NCBI GenBank assembly: GCA_002269645.1
Contig: NIVC01004925.1
Coordinates: 1 to 31,203, forward strand
DNA: 31,203 nt
DNA from: Macrostomum lignano
Taxonomy: Eukaryota
Reading direction: 5' to 3'
Shown here: positions 25,142 through 31,203 of the stretch, piece by piece
How the letters are laid out: every line of letters begins with the position of its first letter
Position numbering within the stretch: the first letter of the stretch is position 1
The notes under the pieces: model-generated
What the model was told of the DNA's origin: nothing
Seen by the model: the letters and a program-made list of their open reading frames with translations, nothing else
Databases searched by the model: none
Position numbers and translations under genes: made by a program

Positions 25142-26879
25142 CCCTTTGAGTCAGTGAACTGTTAGTAATAAATATTCGTAATTAATAACTTCACGTAATA
25201 ACGACAACTTTCTATTAGCCCTGTCACAATAGAAAAACTGTTATTTTTACGGTTACCGTAGGTAGGAAGCAAAATGGCTATTTTTATGGTCATGTGGAAG
25301 AAATTTCTGTTAAATTACAAGGTAATAGTAGGCCCTAACAATTACCTAAAGTGAGCTACTATGACAAGAACCACTAGAAGTTACCATGGTATTTATTAAT
25401 AAAACATTTCTTTATTTTTTTAAATTTAACCATCATAGTATTTGCACAGCAAGTTCGTCACTTCATTTAGATGGTATTTGTTTTAAGGTGTTAACCATAA
25501 AAATAACCGTCTTGCTATTTATAAATACGGTCACCGTAATAATAACAACTGCCTTTAAAATTATTCCATAGCTGCCACCAAAGTTGTCATAGCTAGAGCT
25601 GCCTTTTTTAATCTAACAGTTTAAACCGAAGTTGTTATAATGCCTATACCTCTATCCTATTATAAAGCCATCAAGTTGCAACATGCATTTTGCTTCTTTT
25701 TTTAATTTGATCTTTTTGCTAATAGTAGGGCCTAGGGGCCTAATACCAAGCTTTTGTAGGATAATTGTGGTAGTATCTTATTATCTTAATATAAATCTTG
25801 TAGGCCTGAATGGTTTTACTAATACATGTATTATTCAGAATCTAGGCATTACTTGGATTAGAAAATCAATATTAGAATATGGCTTTGTATAAGCTCACAA
25901 TCCTTCTCTTAGCAAATTTCTTTTAACTCCTTTTTAGATTCTTTACTGCAAATAAGCAACACTTGTAAGTCTTAGAATGAATTTAGCAAACTTTAATATA
26001 AGTTAACAATTTAGCAAGTTACAAGGTTCAAAGTTGGTCTTCTTTCCCTAAAATTGGCTCATATTTATATTAGCAAAGTTTGTGTATATTTTGCATTATA
26101 AAGTATTATATTTTGAACTAATTTACAAGTAAAACTCCTAGAAATATAAAAACACTTTTAAGAAAAAACACTGGGGGTAATACATTAGCAACAATAGTAG
26201 TAGATGATTAACTTCAGTTAGGATGGTTTTTTGCAGTTTGTACAAAAAAAAATAATTTGTTTGTTTGTATGCCAAATAATGCTAGCCTACACAAATTAAT
26301 ATATTGCGTAGATATAGGATTATAGCATAAACCAAATAGACACAAACATACATATAAATGCAAAACAAAAAACATTTAGAAGTTAATTTTGAGAGCATTA
26401 GTTTCTTATTTGAAATCATTATTGACAAAAAACACTCACCGAGCCGAAAGGCCAAAAAAATATATCTGTTGCTAACAAAAAATTCATGGTTCGCCTACAA
26501 AGGCATTTGATTTCTCCAGTTGATTTCTGCATTTAATACATGCCATTAAATTGTTAAATTGTTATTAAATTCTATTTAATACAATTTGGGTAACAAGCTT
26601 AGCTTGCTATTAATAATTAAACAAAGGATATTCTACAATACTACTATTGTGCTAATGAACAGTAGTACATTCAGGACATACCAGGCACTTGCCATAGTCT
26701 AGTTACTTTTTATAGCAGTATACTATTTGTAGCAGTGTATTTTAAGTGTAAATTGTTATGTTATTATTTTTATTGTAGTGTTTATTAATACATAATTTGT
26801 AAATAAAGATTGGTTGGTTCTATATGATCACATGACTTTTATTTAATCAGTTTGTTAATTGAAATTAATTAGTGTTTAC

Positions 26880-29257
26880 TATACATTGTCCCTCAAAATC
26901 ATTTTTGCAGCTTTTTTCAATGCTTTAGCAGCAAGTTCATCTTGTATTTTAAGCTTCCGCTTCAGTAGCTTGGCATTGTCCTTGATGGCCTTTGACTCGC
27001 TCTTCCAATGCCCTCATTTTTTCTGATATTCTTGCAGCATAGCTGAAGCTGCTCGTTTTTTAGCATCAATTTTTCATGCTCTTGACCCGTTTTTCTTCTT
27101 CGGCCTTTAGGTCTTGTTGTTTCTTTGTCAGCTCCAGCTCAGCAGCATTCTGCACCCCCATCTGCTTAGCGGCAAGCTGTGATGCTTTTATAGCAGCTTC
27201 ATCTGCTTTTTGTTTCTGCAGAAACTCCATGTAGGCTGAACGAGCCTTTGCAGCCAACTGAAGAGAAACTTCCATCAATGGAAAGTTTTCGCAGGTTGTT
27301 GGCTCAGTACCTTTATGTCCTGATTGTCAGATATAGTGACAAACAAAGAGGCATGCGTCAATTGACAACCCCAAGTTTGTTGCATTTTTTGTGAGCAAGT
27401 CTAATAGCTTACTAAAGATGCGCTCAGCAGCTGCATTGCCAGGATGAATACTTAAAGCGCCTAAAGCCAGTTGGCTTAGTATAGCATATTTTTTTGCTAC
27501 CAAGCTCTAGCTCTGCCACTTGAAGCCAAAATGTGGCTATATCATTGTCCTTGGCAAAACTTACAACTTGTTGGTTGACAAGAAAACAACGCCACTCCGC
27601 TTCTATTTTTGACACTGCTTCTGGAGTGTACACCATTAGTTTGGCTAAGTTGCAGGCAGTAGCATCTGATATAGCTATTGAGAGACCAACATTCGAAGGA
27701 TACATAGGATCAATAAATTGCAATGTACACAAAACAGAATTTGCTAGCAGCAAATGTTCTTGCATATACAAGCCAAGATCACGATAGAATGAGTGGACAT
27801 GCAAAAAGAAGTGCTTCTTCTGAGTTTCCGAGAAGCTCTGCAATGTTGCTTTAGCAGCTTCGCCAATGAAAATTAAATTATCAGGAAGGAAGAATCAAAC
27901 TTCTAGTGACAAATTCTTCAGGTGTCTAGCATTGGCCTGAATATGCTCAAGATTCAGATGACAGTGTCTGTCGAAACAAATTGCGGACTTCTTTGTGCAG
28001 CAGATGAATGGAAATCTCTTCCCTCTGGAAGCTCTTCTCAAATTGATCCAGATTCCAGAAGAGGCAAGATAGCAGCCAAAAATTGCAGGTCAAGAAGTCT
28101 GCTTTTTTTTAAGATGCTCAGCAATATCCTTGGTTTTTTACTCTTGCTATCAATCAACAATGGATTCTTCAGAAAGAATTCTTGTAGAGCAGGATATAGC
28201 TCAAGAAGCCTGTTAACTACTGGCAATAGCTGCACCCATCTGGTTTCAACACGCCGTAGCAGGCGATGATGAGCTACTTCAAGTAGCTCTTGAACATGCT
28301 TGTACCGTGTCCACCTTTGTGCTGTTTGAAAATAGGAATAAACATTATCTGCAAAATTCTCAACATCTCCACCAAGGGTGTCAATGCATGTCGCACTGCA
28401 TTGGATACAATGTGCAGACTGCATGGCCCTATGCCTATGGAAACAAGGTGCAAAGCAGAGTCACACATTACTTTTTGGAAGCCATTGTACTTCCCAACCA
28501 TAACTGCTGGTTCATCAGTTAATATACTCACACAGTTCTTCAAGGGGATGTTGAACTCTTTGAGGACCTTCAAAACTTTGTCCTTCAAGGCAGCGGCTGA
28601 GTAGTCAGAAACTTTGACAGTTTTTAAGGCTGTGGTGCACAGCTTACGTTTCTTGGATGAGACAAGGATATTGCCACTGCCAGATTTTTTCGTGGGCCAT
28701 CTGATAACTCATCAATGCTAAGCGAAAAAAGTCCGCAACCAGAGTTGAGGTCTTGAATTAACTCCTGGCGCATTACTAGTGCAAGGCTGTGATTAACGAG
28801 ATAGCACAGCTTTGTGCAATGGCGCTTCATGTCTTTAGCAATCTTGCTATCTGTAAATATAGCAGGGTATACACCCGAGTGATCCGCTACATTGTAGGCA
28901 ATATTGTGCTCTACAAAATGCAGTCCTAGTCGCAACTCCACCTGTAGCACCTCGTTATCTGCCGTCTTCGTTGCAGCGAATGATGACTATGCCATTGCCA
29001 GCTTTGGAAGAAAAAAACTGCTCAATTCCTGTCATCTTTGGAACTGGCAATCGGTTAAAATGTTTTTCCCTTGGCGTGAGCTGTGACAGCACCAAAGCCA
29101 CTTGTGCCGAGATGAAAAAACTATCACATATTGTGCAGTGGCCTTGCAGTTGATTGCTAGGATCTGGTTCCAGCCAGTCTCCAATAAGTTTACTATCAAT
29201 GTGCTTGAGCAGCCATTCGGGTCAAAATTCAGTAGCACAAGGCTTGCTTAGAGACAT
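26880..29257 (-). mobile_element. Decayed hAT-superfamily transposase
   Basis: ATG at 29257 after an acceptor-like TTTCAG. BED-like finger (WL...CTIC...H..GKKH), FSLSIDE, ILTDE, CSLH, ETRW, C-terminal ALSIHPGNAAAERIFS dimerisation motif and a charged tail. Many stops and frameshifts; paired TIRs not found. Confidence 0.88.
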
Positions 29258-29524
29258 TTTAAGTTTTAGTTTTCTGAAATAAAAATAAAAATATAAGGAA
29301 TAATTGTCATCAATGTCTACTGGACTGCAGTCTGCTGGAGTGAGACTAGAAGAGAGCTAGGAGGGTGAATTTTGCAAAGGTAAAGCTAAAGCCCAACAAC
29401 TGATTGGCAAAAGTTTCACATTATGTTATCCCTGTTATATTTTTATTATCAATATAAATATGAATAATAATGCAGCACTGAAAAATTGGAGTATAACATG
29501 AGAGCAAATTCAGAAATGAAAAAT

Positions 29525-29651
29525 TTCCGTAGAGTACAAAAATCCCCTTGATTTTCCGCAGGTCTACTTAAAATTTCCTCACTGCGGAATTCCGCAGCTA
29601 GTGGGAAGACTATAGGTATACTATAGTGGCCGCCACTATAGTATACCTATA
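29525..29651. repeat. TTCCG(C/T)AG motif cluster and two palindromes
   Basis: Motif at 29525, 29554, 29590 and inverted at 29582; 16-bp perfect palindrome 29582-29597; 19-bp-arm hairpin 29611-29651 with a 3-nt loop. Confidence 0.8.
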
Positions 29652-30178
29652 CTAGATGACATATACTAAACATTTCTCTGTCAAAGGCTAGGTACCATGC
29701 CCCATATTTCACAAGTGCTATTATATAAAAAATGCCACTAGGTTGCCTTGAAAGTGCATAAACAATTGTCTACCATTTATAAACTTTTTTCTTATAGATA
29801 TAATAGTGGCAATCCTAGAATAGGCCTAGCTACGAGTATTATAAACAAGGTCATGAGAAGGTCAGAATGAAATCTTGAAAATAGTTATCTACTCGTATCT
29901 TATCCTGAAGTTCATATTGTATCATTCATTTTTTACTTATTATAAGCTCTAATTATAATAGCTTGACTCCCCAACATTAGTGATTATTTATTAATCAACC
30001 ATATTTGACTGATGCTAGCTGTCAAGTCTCAATATCCATAGCTACTATGGAACTTTAGTAATTTTTGACAATTAGTCCTGTAATATATTAAGCTATATGA
30101 CCTATTTATTAATTTGTATGCATGTTTGCATTCGAGTAATCTACATTTCGTGCTAATTAATCTCACGGGCAAAGCGCA

Positions 30179-30937
30179 ATGGCTCAAGAGAAAATCGTTG
30201 CCCACAATGCTGCATCGCCAAATTCATCCAACACTGAAGATGCTGCTGCCGAGCTAGAATTAGCTACACCCGCCGCTATTAGCCAACTTCTAGCAGTGCT
30301 AAACAGTCGTCGAGAGCTTCTTAACGCTGACACGTCTGCAGTGGAAACGGCTATTCAGTGTGCAGATTCGTTAGAGGCCAGAGCCAACAGCGCCCTGGCG
30401 TCAGCTAGCTGTGACACAGTCAGCCAGCTGAATAGCCTATCAGCTGAGCTGGTCTCAACCATTGAAGCCCGGGTAGCTGCCAGCTTAGAGAATCGCTGCC
30501 TATCTGAACGAGTTGACGCGCTCAGTTCGCACTGTCGGCACCTTGTCGAACTGCGCGATCGACTGGCTGCCGCAGTTGATAGCGACACCTCCGATGAGGA
30601 TGTCGAATTAAAGAGGCTGGAAGCACTGGTTGCCGCCTATACTAAACGGCTAGGCTTAGATATAAGATTTTTGCGCAATAATCGACTGCAGATTGTCATT
30701 TATCTGACAGATTTGACATTCGGATTAGTGCTGAGCGGCTACGGCAGCGGCGGCCCGCTTAGCGTTGAGTCGAGCAACTTTTTCCCGGAATTCGTGTCCG
30801 AACGCCTGCCGCTCCTGATGCAGCGGTTGAACTCTTCCACTGACGACAGCGTCGGTGGGCCCGACTGGCGCAGCTTTCTGCCAGCACTGCGCCAGTCGCT
30901 GGTTTTATTTGTAGCTGCTTGTCGCGATGCTAAGTGA
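30179..30937 (+). CDS. SPC25: Probable kinetochore Ndc80-complex subunit Spc25, single exon
   Basis: 252 aa: long predicted coiled coil, then AYTKRLGLDIRFLRNNRLQIV...RLNSS...DWRSFLPALRQSL, fitting the Spc25 RWD pattern (y...LGL.i.......L.f ... ln....df..Fl..vR). Recognised by motif only. Confidence 0.66.
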   Translation: MAQEKIVAHNAASPNSSNTEDAAAELELATPAAISQLLAVLNSRRELLNADTSAVETAIQCADSLEARANSALASASCDTVSQLNSLSAELVSTIEARVAASLENRCLSERVDALSSHCRHLVELRDRLAAAVDSDTSDEDVELKRLEALVAAYTKRLGLDIRFLRNNRLQIVIYLTDLTFGLVLSGYGSGGPLSVESSNFFPEFVSERLPLLMQRLNSSTDDSVGGPDWRSFLPALRQSLVLFVAACRDAK

Positions 30938-31034
30938 CGTTTGATTTGGTTTGGAGACGTTTTCATTTTCATTTCACCGACTCCTGAGCACTCCTACACA
31001 CACACACAGGGTGTACAGCGACCCTCGACCCGCG

Positions 31035-31203
31035 AGAGCGTCGGACTCACGACTTGAAGGTCGGGGGTTCGAATCCCAATCCCACAGGAACAATTTGTGT
31101 CCTTGAGCAAGACACTTAACTCTGCATTGCTTCAGTTCGCCCAGCTGTAAAATGGGTGCCAGCATTAGCTGGGGTAATTGAGGGTGTGTGGCGACCCCCC
31201 CCC
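31035..31203 (+). mobile_element. tRNA-derived CORE-type SINE; A box missing, runs off the window
   Basis: B box GGTTCGAATCC at 31066-31076, then GTGTCCTTGAGCAAGACACTTAAC...CAGCTGTAAAATGGG, closely resembling the CORE domain of MIR-like SINEs. Confidence 0.72.

Noticed and set aside
26430-26470. Possible minus-strand micro-exon ending at a GTGAGT donor
   Set aside because: The candidate exon is a T-rich 26-mer, not frame-preserving, with weak context.

Overview
Eukaryotic (invertebrate metazoan) genomic window, not prokaryotic: AT-rich intergenic DNA, GC-rich exons, spliceosomal intron signals, minisatellites and densely nested transposable elements. The overall texture resembles a free-living flatworm such as Macrostomum, but that is an inference. 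Host genes: TRMT112 (+, intronless), a type II membrane FkbM-family methyltransferase (-, intronless), a spliced GDA1/CD39 (NTPDase/apyrase) gene with a GPI-signal-like tail (-), and a probable SPC25 (+, intronless). Mobile DNA: a young 5'-truncated RNase H-bearing LINE inserted with a 13-bp TSD into the RNase H domain of an old Ty3/Gypsy element; a 950-bp solo LTR with a duplicated MEF2+CRE module; several MITEs; a second Gypsy fragment; a decayed hAT transposase; and a CORE-type tRNA SINE. Two minisatellites show higher-order structure. The region 18.9-23.4 kb is a mosaic of inverted apyrase fragments and truncated retroelement pieces. I found no clearly new multi-gene system. The best leads are the apyrase (unusual C-terminus, unresolved 5' end, scrambled copies), the secretory-pathway methyltransferase, and an orphan 21-nt micro-exon candidate. 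All alignments and coordinates were done by eye.
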